Source of the DNA: an uncultured virus (IMG/VR IMGVR_UViG_3300033992_000526)
Taxonomy: Duplodnaviria; Heunggongvirae; Uroviricota; Caudoviricetes
Length of the DNA: 59,667 nucleotides
Strand: one strand, 5' to 3'
IMG/VR virus record: IMGVR_UViG_3300033992_000526
The notes under the pieces are model-generated. The model saw nothing but the letters and a program-made list of their open reading frames with translations, did not search any database and had not been told where the DNA came from. Positions 30,239 through 40,390 of the stretch are shown here, one piece after another. The first letter of the stretch is position 1. Each line of letters begins with the position of its first letter. A program made the translations under genes and the position numbers.

Positions 30239-30339
30239 TGGTACGGTCGGTAGGCTTCGAACCTACAAGGGCGTCGTCTAGGACCGTGCCCGTTCCCCTC
30301 AGTGGACCTTGGGAGCTTTTCCAATTTGCTCACGACCGC
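30239..30339 (-). tRNA. Atypical 101-nt tRNA-like RNA (Leu-type frame, non-canonical anticodon arm)
   Basis: GCGGTCG/CGACCGT acceptor, A73, encoded CCA, GTAGG-TTCGAAG-CCTAC T arm, AGC-AAATTGGAAAA-GCT D arm, long extra arm; no 5-bp/7-nt anticodon hairpin. Confidence 0.7.
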
Positions 30340-30341
30340 AA

Positions 30342-31136
30342 TTAATTATAACTTATTTTCTTCTCCGACGCAAGTCCTAGAAATATCAAAATTTGGATAA
30401 CGTATCGACCGGGGTCAAACTGCCACCATTCTTTTCCAATTTTCCAACTTCCGGGAGTAGTGTGATGGTTATAGTGCCAACCTTCGCCAAATGTTAAGTA
30501 CGACCACCACCAAACATTATGTGACTGATCTCTATGGTCGGTTGCAACGCGAGTACCAAACATTGGGCTATGATCAATCCAGTTGCTCAACCTAGAAGCC
30601 ATCGTGTTAAAAAATACAGGAATAATGTAGAGGAACACAGCAATTATTGGATCAATTGCTACCAATACTGCTACAACCAATAAGACTATCGGCATATAGT
30701 ATTCGTGCATAAATCTATGAACAGGATCGTTGATAATATCTTTTACAGACCATTTGTTAAATTTGCCGCCGTAGTTACCAACAAAAGCACCTATTGGACC
30801 TAGTACTACTGGGCTGTGTGGATCGCCAGGCTTATCTGCAAATTTATGATGTTCTCTATGTACAAAAACCCATCCTACTGAGCTACCGGTGCAGCCTAAA
30901 TTTCCAAAGAAGCTAAACAAATACTCTAAGGGTTTCCAAAGTCGATATGATTTATGAGTCAGCAATCTATGAAATGTAACTGTAATGCCTAAACATGTAA
31001 TTAAAAAATATCCAAATAGAGCAAGCAACCAATTGCTCCAACTAACGGTTGTAGTTAGTGCCCACACAAACACTCCTGCAGATACGAGTTGCATTAAGAT
31101 AAAAAACCATTCCCTTGGATAAAAATACTGCTTCAT
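30342..31136 (-). CDS. Membrane fatty-acid desaturase (delta9/OLE1-DesC type)
   Basis: His boxes HRLLTH, HREHH, HYNHH; GDPHSP; GEGWH; start moved to MKQYF (31148 is an alternative). Confidence 0.9.
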   Translation of the reverse strand: MKQYFYPREWFFILMQLVSAGVFVWALTTTVSWSNWLLALFGYFLITCLGITVTFHRLLTHKSYRLWKPLEYLFSFFGNLGCTGSSVGWVFVHREHHKFADKPGDPHSPVVLGPIGAFVGNYGGKFNKWSVKDIINDPVHRFMHEYYMPIVLLVVAVLVAIDPIIAVFLYIIPVFFNTMASRLSNWIDHSPMFGTRVATDHRDQSHNVWWWSYLTFGEGWHYNHHTTPGSWKIGKEWWQFDPGRYVIQILIFLGLASEKKISYN

Positions 31137-31149
31137 TGGATACCCCATA

Positions 31150-31161
31150 TATAAATATTTA
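31150..31161. promoter_or_regulatory. Overlapping divergent T4-late-like promoters
   Basis: TATAAATA on + (31150-31157) and TAAATA on - (31156-31161) between divergent genes. Confidence 0.55.
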
Positions 31162-31173
31162 ACCGTTTTTAAT

Positions 31174-31791
31174 ATGTCTGAATTTATTTTAATTGCCTTT
31201 TCGTCTTTGTCGGAGCAACAACGTCTATACTTTTTTGATTTTTGCAAAGCTGCTAGCCTAGAATCTGATCAACCTGCAGCAACTAACATGTGGGACGATA
31301 ATTGGGAAGAAGCTCCACATACCTTACCGCATGTGTTACTAAAAACTGATCGATTTTCAAACGGCAATGGTGAATTTTATGTACTAATTAATGGAGAAAC
31401 TATTGCTGCTTGCGGTGGAGTTTATCTAAGTGAATTTAACAAAGGCATCAGTTTAGCTGGAACTCGCACATGGACTGCAAAACAGTTTCGACATCGTGCG
31501 TTAATTAGAGATTACATTCTCCCCAAACAAAAAGTATGGAGTATGAATAAAGGCTGTAAACAGGTAGCATTATGCTTTAATGATTACAATAAAAATATAA
31601 AGAACATTTTTTACAGAACTCGCCTTGGAGAACAAACAGGTCGAGTATTTCAGAGATCCCCGGAACATTTATTCTTTTCTAACATAAACGAACTACCCTT
31701 CCTTGTAAATATACAGTACACTCCGCAATGGGTGCTGTACGAAAAAATAGACGCAACCTGGGAGTTTGATTGGTCAGTGCTCAAAGCATAA
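31174..31791 (+). CDS. GNAT-like hypothetical protein
   Basis: FYVLINGETIAACGG...GTRTWTAKQFR pattern resembling GNAT motif A. Confidence 0.45.
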   Translation: MSEFILIAFSSLSEQQRLYFFDFCKAASLESDQPAATNMWDDNWEEAPHTLPHVLLKTDRFSNGNGEFYVLINGETIAACGGVYLSEFNKGISLAGTRTWTAKQFRHRALIRDYILPKQKVWSMNKGCKQVALCFNDYNKNIKNIFYRTRLGEQTGRVFQRSPEHLFFSNINELPFLVNIQYTPQWVLYEKIDATWEFDWSVLKA

Positions 31792-32228
31792 TCTTTGGTA
31801 TAATATATTTCCTAGTATGGACGCTACTGCTATACTGGATGCATCGTGCTGCCCATGTAGTACCATTCCTAAAAACCTATCATGTTGGACATCATCAGTT
31901 TATCGTTAATAATGAACCAACCTGGCATTGGACTAATATTTTTATTTTTCAGGATAACAAAGTCAGTACTATAGATGTTTGGTTAACTGAAATTATACCA
32001 ACTCTATTGTTTTGCTATATTACAGGACAATGGTGGATTGCTGTGATATTTTATATATGGTCTGCATTTATTCAAGAAGCAATCGAACACAATCGAACCT
32101 TTGATATCTTTCCATTGAGTACTAGCGGAAAGTGGCACCTAGTTCATCATTTTAACGGACCGTATAATTATGGGATATTTCATCCCTTCTGGGATATATT
32201 ATTTAGAACTTATAAGACTGTACCGTGA
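31770..32228 (+). CDS. Sterol desaturase / fatty acid hydroxylase family
   Basis: YWMHRAAH, HVGHH, HLVHH, NYG..HPFWDILFRT. Confidence 0.8.
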   Translation: MVSAQSIIFGIIYFLVWTLLLYWMHRAAHVVPFLKTYHVGHHQFIVNNEPTWHWTNIFIFQDNKVSTIDVWLTEIIPTLLFCYITGQWWIAVIFYIWSAFIQEAIEHNRTFDIFPLSTSGKWHLVHHFNGPYNYGIFHPFWDILFRTYKTVP

Positions 32229-33448
32229 AAATATTAATTCCGTCATTGAATGCAAATCTGCTGTGCTGTCTACAATCTTTAAATGATTTGTTAATAGAGT
32301 ACGATGTTGTTATCGCTACTGACAACACTGAATTTGACTTTCTTATTAGAAAACTAAAAGGACTTATTCCTCAAAACAATATTAAAATTTATAATAGTGA
32401 ATTGACCTACGATTCTACTACCCATAGTAGGTTTGAAATATTTCTTAAAGAATTGATTAAAGTTGAAGAGTACTGTTACATATTGCCTACTATGCCTGAT
32501 TATATTAATCATGTAATTGCATCATTAAACTCAAAATTTAATTTGCCAGGGATAAAACTAGAACAATCAGCACTGTGCAATAAAGAAGCATATTATAAAA
32601 TTTTTGAAACTATTGGAATACCGTATCCTAAAACTTTTATAGATAACACTTCGTTAAAATTTCCTGTAGTTGTTAAACCGTCAGCAGGAACAGGTAGTAT
32701 AGGTGTTAAAGTAATTTTTAATAATGAACAGTTGACGCAATTTTTTGATATTGATAAACACGCTTTACCAAAAATTGAATTCTGGAAGCAAGGCTACTTT
32801 GATTTTAATAGCAACTATATTATACAAGAATTTATAGAAGGTGAGTTAATCACAGTTTCTGGTCGAGTAGTTGGTAGTCAAATTACGTTTGATTCAATTT
32901 TTGATATAGAATCATCTCCCCCGCCGTGGTGCACAGAATTAGTGTTTCGATTTCCTTCTAAAATTTCTCGTAGTGTTATTGAAAAAATTAAAGAACAAGC
33001 AGCCCAATTTTTACAACATATTCAATTGAATGATTCACCTTTTTTATTTGATGTGATTATTAGTGATACTGATTTTTATTTTATTGATTTTGGTATGAGG
33101 GTCACAAACAATCCCCAAAAACCATTACATTCTTTGTGTAAAGAATACACCGGGTTATGGGTCATTTCTTTACTAAACAACCAACAGTACCAGCCAATAT
33201 TTGACGGTGCTTGCATTTATCATAATTTTAATTTTCCTGCAGGAACAATATCAAACATAGAATGCAAAAATAACACTGCTAATGAATTAGTATTACCAGA
33301 TATCGGAAAACGAATATATCCGTCTAGACACGATATGCTAGCGAACGAGAAAGGTTATTTTATTATTGCAGATAAATCGATCACTGAAGTATCTAATCGT
33401 GCTAACAAATTGTTACAGTCTATCTGCATAGAATATAAAAATGATTAA
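32225..33448 (+). CDS. ATP-grasp domain protein
   Basis: FPVVVKPSAGTGSIGV, IIQEFIEG, YFIDFGMR. Confidence 0.85.
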   Translation: MKILIPSLNANLLCCLQSLNDLLIEYDVVIATDNTEFDFLIRKLKGLIPQNNIKIYNSELTYDSTTHSRFEIFLKELIKVEEYCYILPTMPDYINHVIASLNSKFNLPGIKLEQSALCNKEAYYKIFETIGIPYPKTFIDNTSLKFPVVVKPSAGTGSIGVKVIFNNEQLTQFFDIDKHALPKIEFWKQGYFDFNSNYIIQEFIEGELITVSGRVVGSQITFDSIFDIESSPPPWCTELVFRFPSKISRSVIEKIKEQAAQFLQHIQLNDSPFLFDVIISDTDFYFIDFGMRVTNNPQKPLHSLCKEYTGLWVISLLNNQQYQPIFDGACIYHNFNFPAGTISNIECKNNTANELVLPDIGKRIYPSRHDMLANEKGYFIIADKSITEVSNRANKLLQSICIEYKND

Positions 33449-34094
33449 TAGATTTTTAGATCCAGCTAATGTTGATGATGTAAAGCAACTAAACGAAATA
33501 CTCGATCTTTATTTGCAAGGAGAATTTCAACGAACTAATCCTATATACGCATATAAGAATCAAGTAGGTGTTGTTACATGGATTAAAGACACGTTTAATA
33601 AAGCATCTCAAAATGATTTTATTATAACAGGACAGTTTATCAATGGCAGATTAGAACAAATATTTGTTGCGTACAAGTTAGAAGTAGTTTGGGGCATTAA
33701 AGAAAGTTACTGGCCTTATTGGTGCGTAGGGTTAGTATATTTCAGAGAAACATCCTGGGCTACACCTGCTGATAAAATTTTATCAATAGAAGCATTATCT
33801 ACTTCATTCTTTGAAGCACAAGGATATTATACTGGGTACATGGTAATTAAAGCACCGAAGGGTTTAGTAAACATGACTGATTTTTCTAAGGCAGACGAAT
33901 ATATTGACAAAGTGTTTACAAAAACTATTCCGGGGCTGACTCATAATTTTAGAGTAGAACAGATATTTAGATCTCAACAAGATTTAGATTCTTTTAAATT
34001 TAAAGGTCTTAGTTTTATTTTACCAAAGTCTATTTTGGGCCCGGTAGTTTTATTATCATTCACGCTTAAACACCAATATCGACTGTGCCGGTAA
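33441..34094 (+). CDS. GNAT-like hypothetical protein
   Basis: ITGQFINGRL...FFEAQGYYTGY; similar to 36793-37410 and 43615-44187. Confidence 0.45.
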   Translation: MINRFLDPANVDDVKQLNEILDLYLQGEFQRTNPIYAYKNQVGVVTWIKDTFNKASQNDFIITGQFINGRLEQIFVAYKLEVVWGIKESYWPYWCVGLVYFRETSWATPADKILSIEALSTSFFEAQGYYTGYMVIKAPKGLVNMTDFSKADEYIDKVFTKTIPGLTHNFRVEQIFRSQQDLDSFKFKGLSFILPKSILGPVVLLSFTLKHQYRLCR

Positions 34095-34102
34095 ATAGCA
34101 GC

Positions 34103-34887
34103 ATGTTTAATCCTATCCTTAAAAACTTGAAAGAAGTGCCTAACCTTCTGCTAATATTAACACCGACTTTGCTGTTAGGTATGTGGGCCTGCTATGATAT
34201 TGTTGCAAACTATGAACATATTAAACTAATATATTTCTTGCTAGGATATTTTGTAATCAACATTATCGGAGTGACTGCCGGACTTCACAGGTATTTTAGT
34301 CATAGAAGTTTTAAAGCAAGTAAATGGAAAGAACGCCTCATGTTGTGGGCCGCAGTGATTGCAGGACAGGGTAGTCCTGTTTGGTGGGTAGCGTTACATA
34401 GAGGATATCATCACCGGTGCAGTGATACTGAATTAGATCATCATAGCCCTATACATGGGTTTTGGCATAGCTTTATCCTTTGGATGTACCGCATTAAACC
34501 CTCCGCAGTTAATTTTAAATATGCAATCGATTGCCTTCGTAATCCAGATGTAGTACTCACTATAACAAAGTTTGGGTAGTTTCTAATTTGATATTTTTAA
34601 TTATCAGTTGGGATTTCTTTTTATATTTCTCCATACTGGCTGCTTTTGTTACCTTAATCACGTATAATATTACTAATAGTTTAAATCATACACCTGGCTT
34701 TGGATATACAAATTTTGATACTAAAGATAATAGTATGAATGTTTGGTGGCTCTGGCCATTTGTATTCGGGGAAACATGGCACAACAATCATCATGCCAAA
34801 CCTGGAAAAAGCTACCTTGGTGTTAAATGGTGGGAAATTGACCCAGCCGGAACATTTATTAAGATGTTCCAAGATCGAAAAAAATGA
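34103..34887 (+). pseudogene. Fatty-acid desaturase split by a frameshift near 34555
   Basis: HRYFSH and HRGYHH in the first frame, HNNHH/WWEIDP in the second; HYNKVWVVSNLIF continues in the second frame from 34558. Confidence 0.8.
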
Positions 34888-36785
34888 AAATCGGATTTGT
34901 ACATCTACCTATCAGCAACAACCTTATACATTATCCCTTATCCTGGCTAATAGTTAAGACCACTGTTGAAACTAAATCTAAAAATAAATTTAATTTTCTA
35001 GATCCTATAATACACAATCACGAAATAGATGACGCTTATCTAAAAAATAGTGACATCTTGATGGTTAGTCTCTATGCATGGAATAGAAATTTAACAATGA
35101 AGATTGTTGATAGGTACAGAAATTTAAATCCTAAGGGTGTGATTATTGCTGGTGGCCCACATACATTGGAAAATGATACAGAAATATTTGAGTTTGTAGT
35201 TACTAACGAAGCAGAAACATGCATTCATTTAATTGTTGATAAAATTAAAGGGGAACCAATTGATAGAATTCCCTGTACTAAAAGCAAATCATTATCAGAA
35301 TATTTCGTAGAAAAGATAACTGATTTTTCTGTTAGTGCATATCTATTCCAAAAAGACACAATATTAGATCTAAAAGAAAAATTCAGTAGCTTTAATATGA
35401 GCATAATTTTAGAAACTAATAGGGGATGCCCCTATGGATGTACATTTTGTGATTGGGGATCTTCCACACTATCAAAAATTAGACAGCGGCCTTTTGATGT
35501 AGTTAAAGCTGAAATAGAATTTATTGCCAGTTTAGATCCGAACTATGTTTATCTAGCTGATGCAAATTTTGGTATCCTTCCTAGAGATGTTGAAATTGCA
35601 AAGATTATTGCAGATGTAAAATCTAAAACAAATCAGCCAAAAAATATGTATGTCAGTTATAGTAAAAATAATTTAGATAGGAATTTAGAAATTGCAGACA
35701 TATTATTTTCAAGTGGTGCAACTAGTAACTATACGTTCAGTCTTCAGCATACTGACAAAGAAGTCTTAGAAATTATTGATAGAATTAATCCGCATATCGA
35801 TAAACTTAGAAAACTGTCCGATAAACTTTTAGAAAAAAAGATACCTACATTTACACAGCTAATAATTGGCAACCCGGGCGATACTCCTAAAAAATGGCGT
35901 AAGTGTTTGTATGATGTGTTTGAACTAAACTTGCACGAAGAATTAAGGATGTACTACTTCTGTGTCTTGCCAGGAAGTCCAGCAGCAGATAAAAACTATA
36001 TAGATCAACATGCACTACAGTTTTCAACAGTAAACTACTTTAATCAGTCCTCGAAAGAGAAAGACCCTGATCAAATGTCTGATATTATAATCGGGTGCAA
36101 AACATTTGATTCAGATGACTGGATTAAAATGAATATTTTTGGTAGGCTCATTCAAGCTCTACACGATTTAGGGTTAGTTAAAGTTATTGCCATTTATCTA
36201 CATAATAAAAAAATTAAAAGCTATCAAAATTTTTATGATGATTTAATTGCTAAACTTGAAGAGAACTTTCCTGAGTTGTTTAAAGATTTAACTTTAGCAC
36301 TCAATGAATGGATCACTACAGATAGAACAATTTTAAATTGGAATCCAGACGGAGTTTCTGGTCTTGAGATAGAAGAAAAGTTATGTTTTCATTTTGTAAA
36401 AAATAAAGATAAATTCTATCAATCTGTGATAGAGTCACTACATCCTATATTAAATTCTAAAATTGAAGATTTAATAAAGTGGCAAAATAATAAAGTTATC
36501 GATATGGAGTATGATCCTACTTCGGGTAAATTATGTTCTTCCCTGTTTGATTGGGACAATTGGTTTGACAATAGAAATTGGTCAGCATCAATTTCATTAA
36601 GAACTAACAAATATAGATATGTTGATAAACAAGTAGGAGTTAGTGACTGGGATAAACAAGAGATAATCTTTTACAGAATACCAATGGAAAAGAGACCACG
36701 AATGTTTGCATATCAAATGTTCACCGGAGTCTCTCAAAGAAAAAACAGACTCTTTCTTAAAGAGATAGAAATTGTAAAAAATTAA
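34884..36785 (+). CDS. B12-binding domain radical SAM protein
   Basis: SLYAWN, IAGGPH, ETNRGCPYGCTFCDWG, LADANFG, LIIGNPG. Confidence 0.9.
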   Translation: MKIGFVHLPISNNLIHYPLSWLIVKTTVETKSKNKFNFLDPIIHNHEIDDAYLKNSDILMVSLYAWNRNLTMKIVDRYRNLNPKGVIIAGGPHTLENDTEIFEFVVTNEAETCIHLIVDKIKGEPIDRIPCTKSKSLSEYFVEKITDFSVSAYLFQKDTILDLKEKFSSFNMSIILETNRGCPYGCTFCDWGSSTLSKIRQRPFDVVKAEIEFIASLDPNYVYLADANFGILPRDVEIAKIIADVKSKTNQPKNMYVSYSKNNLDRNLEIADILFSSGATSNYTFSLQHTDKEVLEIIDRINPHIDKLRKLSDKLLEKKIPTFTQLIIGNPGDTPKKWRKCLYDVFELNLHEELRMYYFCVLPGSPAADKNYIDQHALQFSTVNYFNQSSKEKDPDQMSDIIIGCKTFDSDDWIKMNIFGRLIQALHDLGLVKVIAIYLHNKKIKSYQNFYDDLIAKLEENFPELFKDLTLALNEWITTDRTILNWNPDGVSGLEIEEKLCFHFVKNKDKFYQSVIESLHPILNSKIEDLIKWQNNKVIDMEYDPTSGKLCSSLFDWDNWFDNRNWSASISLRTNKYRYVDKQVGVSDWDKQEIIFYRIPMEKRPRMFAYQMFTGVSQRKNRLFLKEIEIVKN

Positions 36786-36792
36786 ATAAGAC

Positions 36793-37410
36793 ATGCAAGA
36801 GACGAGAATTTTAACTGTAGATGACGCTAACGCATTGTCTAATATCTATCATCAAATTGAGCCCTGGCGTTCAGAACATCAGCCAAAAGAAAAATTTGAC
36901 TTTTGGAAAAATTTAGAAAATGTCGAAAAAACATTGCTCGATAAGTCAGGAACTTATATTGGAACTTTTCAAGATGGGCAGTTAATAGCATCATTACGTA
37001 TGACTTGGTGGAAAAGTATGCCGCATTGGAGTCTTGGTAATATTGTAACTAATATTAGAACACTAACAATTAATCTAGAAAAAAATGGTGTTGCAGCGGC
37101 CATGAAGCTAGCACTAGACTTAGCAGAGTCAAAAGGATATTTTAGGTTCTACACCTCAATTAGTGAACGACAAATGAGCCAAGAAATTTTTGATCTATGG
37201 CCTAAGTATGTTCCTGAACTAAACGATTATCTATACGTTGTTGAATTTGAGCATGATGGAGTCGAATCAACTGGGTTTCCTGTGTATGACATGTTACTCG
37301 AAAGTGCGAGACTTCCTCCTCCCTATAATTCAAAATACTACATTAGAAGTGCGACTGCAAAAAACAGTCGACGAAAACTTAAGATTCTCAAGGACCTAAA
37401 TGAACATTAA
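36793..37410 (+). CDS. GNAT-like hypothetical protein
   Basis: YIGTFQDGQLIASL...ALDLAESKGYFRFY. Confidence 0.5.
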   Translation: MQETRILTVDDANALSNIYHQIEPWRSEHQPKEKFDFWKNLENVEKTLLDKSGTYIGTFQDGQLIASLRMTWWKSMPHWSLGNIVTNIRTLTINLEKNGVAAAMKLALDLAESKGYFRFYTSISERQMSQEIFDLWPKYVPELNDYLYVVEFEHDGVESTGFPVYDMLLESARLPPPYNSKYYIRSATAKNSRRKLKILKDLNEH

Positions 37411-37639
37411 AGAAGAATTGCTAGAAATTATTTCTTATCAAACGGCGGTTACAAAACATACTATTACTAGTAGTCAATCTTGGAAAGAGGCAGGAATAGA
37501 CAGCTTAGACACCTTAGAGGTTATGCTAACTGTTGCAGAAAAATTTGGTGTAACTATCGAAGAAGAGGATGAAGAAAAGCTGGTAAATTTTAACGAGCTG
37601 TTATTATATCTTGAAGGCAAAATCTCGGATAAATATTGA
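37400..37639 (+). CDS. acpP: Acyl carrier protein
   Basis: 79 aa acidic; GIDSLDTLEV phosphopantetheine site; EKFGVTI. Confidence 0.88.
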   Translation: MNIKEELLEIISYQTAVTKHTITSSQSWKEAGIDSLDTLEVMLTVAEKFGVTIEEEDEEKLVNFNELLLYLEGKISDKY

Positions 37640-37656
37640 ATTATAGGAAGCCAGAT

Positions 37657-38016
37657 ATGCACCACATAGTTACTAAATTTTTTCACATCTCCGATCCCGA
37701 TTTTAACCCGGATAGCGGTGAAAATTATGTAATCTTATTCTACAATTACATGATTCAGACGGGCGTTTTTTCTGCACCCGTTGTAGCAGTAGAGAATTTT
37801 TTACCAAAATTAAGACAAGTCCGTCAACAGTTTATCAATGATAATAAACTGTTAAACCATCTTGCAGAATTTACTGATGAGAGAAGTTTAACCTGGATTG
37901 GAATTTTTACAGATGAGGCTGCATATGACGAATATAGGGCAACATTGTTAACAGAATTTGGAACAGATTTTCACATCGAATTCGAGTCGGACAAGGCATC
38001 ACTTACATTAGCTTAA
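37657..38016 (+). CDS. Hypothetical protein
   Basis: ATG with AGGAAG SD and upstream TAAATA. Confidence 0.6.
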   Translation: MHHIVTKFFHISDPDFNPDSGENYVILFYNYMIQTGVFSAPVVAVENFLPKLRQVRQQFINDNKLLNHLAEFTDERSLTWIGIFTDEAAYDEYRATLLTEFGTDFHIEFESDKASLTLA

Positions 38017-38017
38017 C

Positions 38018-38758
38018 ATGAACTATGTGCTTAAAGGAATACATTTTTTAAATCACGTTGCTTTGGTAGTATTTCTATTATACTATCAGCAATACTGGTT
38101 ATTATGTGTTTCCTTTATAGTATATCAATTTTTATTAGTAGTAGGAGTATCGGGCGGTCTTCATAGATACTTTACTCACAAAAGTTTTCAAACTTCCCAA
38201 GCATGGGAAAAGATAATGTTATTTGCTAGTGTTCCGGCAACAGTTGGTACTCCAATAGGGTGGATCGGTACCCATAGGTTACACCATGCGTATTCTGATA
38301 CTAAAAAAGATCCTCATAGCCCTGTATCAATAGGTTTTTTACAAAGTTATTTCCATATTTGGAAACCATTTGTTATTCCCAGTAACCTTGTAAAAGATTT
38401 AATGCAAAACAAAACAGCAGTGTTTATTCACAAACGATATATGGAACTACTGTTAGGATTTATTGTACTCTTATATATAATAAATCCAATGATCGGAATA
38501 TTGATCTATAGCATTCCGGCAGTATTAATGTTTCATAGTACTGCAATTACAAATGCAGTTAATCACAAGGTCGGTTATAGAAATTTTGCAACAGACGATT
38601 TAAGTACTAATATGTTGTTAGCTGGGTGGTTAATAGGAGGTGAAGGGTTTCATAACAACCATCATAAGAATCCGTCCTCGCCGAGTTTCTCAACTAAACC
38701 TTTAGAGTTTGATTTAACTTGGCAATTTATAAAGTTAATAAGGAAGAAAAATGATTAA
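38018..38758 (+). CDS. Membrane fatty-acid desaturase
   Basis: HRYFTH, HRLHH, DPHSP, GEGFHNNHH. Confidence 0.9.
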   Translation: MNYVLKGIHFLNHVALVVFLLYYQQYWLLCVSFIVYQFLLVVGVSGGLHRYFTHKSFQTSQAWEKIMLFASVPATVGTPIGWIGTHRLHHAYSDTKKDPHSPVSIGFLQSYFHIWKPFVIPSNLVKDLMQNKTAVFIHKRYMELLLGFIVLLYIINPMIGILIYSIPAVLMFHSTAITNAVNHKVGYRNFATDDLSTNMLLAGWLIGGEGFHNNHHKNPSSPSFSTKPLEFDLTWQFIKLIRKKND

Positions 38759-39509
38759 GTTTGATGTTAGCACCACTGAGGGGGCAGATTACTATAAAGA
38801 TTGGTACACGCCGTTCACTGAGTGGAAACCTCAATCAGTTAAGTGGAGACAGCTGCCAGAATATTATTCTTTTGATTTAGAAAAGTTACGTGCAGACTTA
38901 ACTAGGGTTAGAGGTGATTACGACTTTAAACCTTTCGTAGTTTCTAAAAAAGGAAAAATACGAACTACTTATCAAGGTATTAGTTTAACTTCTAGAAAAG
39001 AAAGTGAAGATCCTGAGTATGATGGATTAAAATTATTCGGATATCAAGATGGAAAAGAAGTTGAATTAGACATTAATGATACGTTTGCTAAGTTCGGAAA
39101 CGATCAAACTACTGAGCTAAATGAAAAGATCTTTTCTGAACCGACTCAAGCATACTCGGGATATTTTGCCGAAGTCGTTAATAAATTTCATAGTATTAAA
39201 ACTAAGTGCAGAATTTTAAATTTAAAGCCAAGAGGAGTTATTTCTCCTCATGTTGATTTTCCTTATTACAGGCAAATTAGAGTTCATGCGGCATTGTATA
39301 CTAATGACGATACATGGTTTGAAGTAGAAGGTGAAAGATTTCAGATTCCCGCTGATGGCAATTTTTATTGGTTCGATGTAGGCCGAGATCATGCAGTATC
39401 TAATAACGGTACTACTGATAGAATAACTCTTAGTGTTAATTTGTCAGTATATGACCATTTTAGTTCTAGCAATGACTTAATGACCTTAATGGATAACTGT
39501 AAAATTTAA
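38751..39509 (+). CDS. Aspartyl/asparaginyl beta-hydroxylase-like 2OG oxygenase
   Basis: RILNLKPRGVISPHVD, RVH, HAVSNNGTTDRI. Confidence 0.8.
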   Translation: MIKFDVSTTEGADYYKDWYTPFTEWKPQSVKWRQLPEYYSFDLEKLRADLTRVRGDYDFKPFVVSKKGKIRTTYQGISLTSRKESEDPEYDGLKLFGYQDGKEVELDINDTFAKFGNDQTTELNEKIFSEPTQAYSGYFAEVVNKFHSIKTKCRILNLKPRGVISPHVDFPYYRQIRVHAALYTNDDTWFEVEGERFQIPADGNFYWFDVGRDHAVSNNGTTDRITLSVNLSVYDHFSSSNDLMTLMDNCKI

Positions 39510-39510
39510 G

Positions 39511-40389
39511 ATGGAATATTTTGAATATAACCCGGAGGATAGTTTGTTCTATTCTGTTATTGCAGACGTAACACATCGATGCAATATGGAATGTGCTAAT
39601 TGCTATATTCCTAATCGAGATATCCCTGATATGGATATTGCAAAGCTGGAAGAATGTATTAGTAAGTTTCCTAATAGGACTGAAGTTAGACTAATCGGTG
39701 CAGAGCCAACAGTTAGAAAAGACTTACCCGAAATAATCAAAATGATTAGACGAGTAGGGCATCGGCCGATGCTAAACACTAACGGTTTAAAACTAGCTAA
39801 TGCAGACTACGTTCGTCGACTATTTGATAGCGGGTTACGTACACTTTCTATTAGTATGAATGGTGCAGACCTTGACCATTTGTATCTTAAAACAGATAAT
39901 ATGTTGTGTGCTAAACGAAAAGTTAAAGCATTAGAAAACTGTGTCAACATGAATATGTTCGTTAACATTAACTGTCTAATAATGAAAGGAGTTAATGAAT
40001 CATCTATCCCGAGATTAATCGACTTATGTAAAACATTTAATAAAAAAGTTGTCATTAGATTTAGGAATATTGGACAAATAGGACGATATACCCTTGAGAA
40101 AGATGAGAACTATTCTTTTAATGATCTAATTGATATTGTATCTGCTGCAAGCGGTATGCCTGTTGAGGAGATTAACAAGCATCATAATGTCGACGGTTAC
40201 GACGAAGAACACAATGTATTGTTTCCTATTCCTAATACTGATAATAAAATTTGGGTTAAAATTACAGACTGGTCTCCTGAAGATAGTGATATTCCCGACC
40301 CCGGTAGTGTTCGACGTGGACGCATTACACAAGACTTTAAAATAGCCCCATTCTTTGAGCATGTAAAATTAAACGAATTTCAATATTAA
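39511..40389 (+). CDS. Radical SAM protein (MoaA-like core, no C-terminal twitch cysteines seen)
   Basis: CNMECANC, IGAEPTVR, NTNGLKL, GVNE. Confidence 0.85.
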   Translation: MEYFEYNPEDSLFYSVIADVTHRCNMECANCYIPNRDIPDMDIAKLEECISKFPNRTEVRLIGAEPTVRKDLPEIIKMIRRVGHRPMLNTNGLKLANADYVRRLFDSGLRTLSISMNGADLDHLYLKTDNMLCAKRKVKALENCVNMNMFVNINCLIMKGVNESSIPRLIDLCKTFNKKVVIRFRNIGQIGRYTLEKDENYSFNDLIDIVSAASGMPVEEINKHHNVDGYDEEHNVLFPIPNTDNKIWVKITDWSPEDSDIPDPGSVRRGRITQDFKIAPFFEHVKLNEFQY

Positions 40390-40390
40390 A

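Noticed and set aside
34560..34600. Stop-codon reassignment as the cause of the split desaturase
   Set aside because: The two halves are in different frames, and other genes read through normally under the standard code
39511..40389. Calling the radical SAM moaA or queE
   Set aside because: No C-terminal twitch cysteines or GG terminus and no QueE-specific signature seen; left as generic radical SAM
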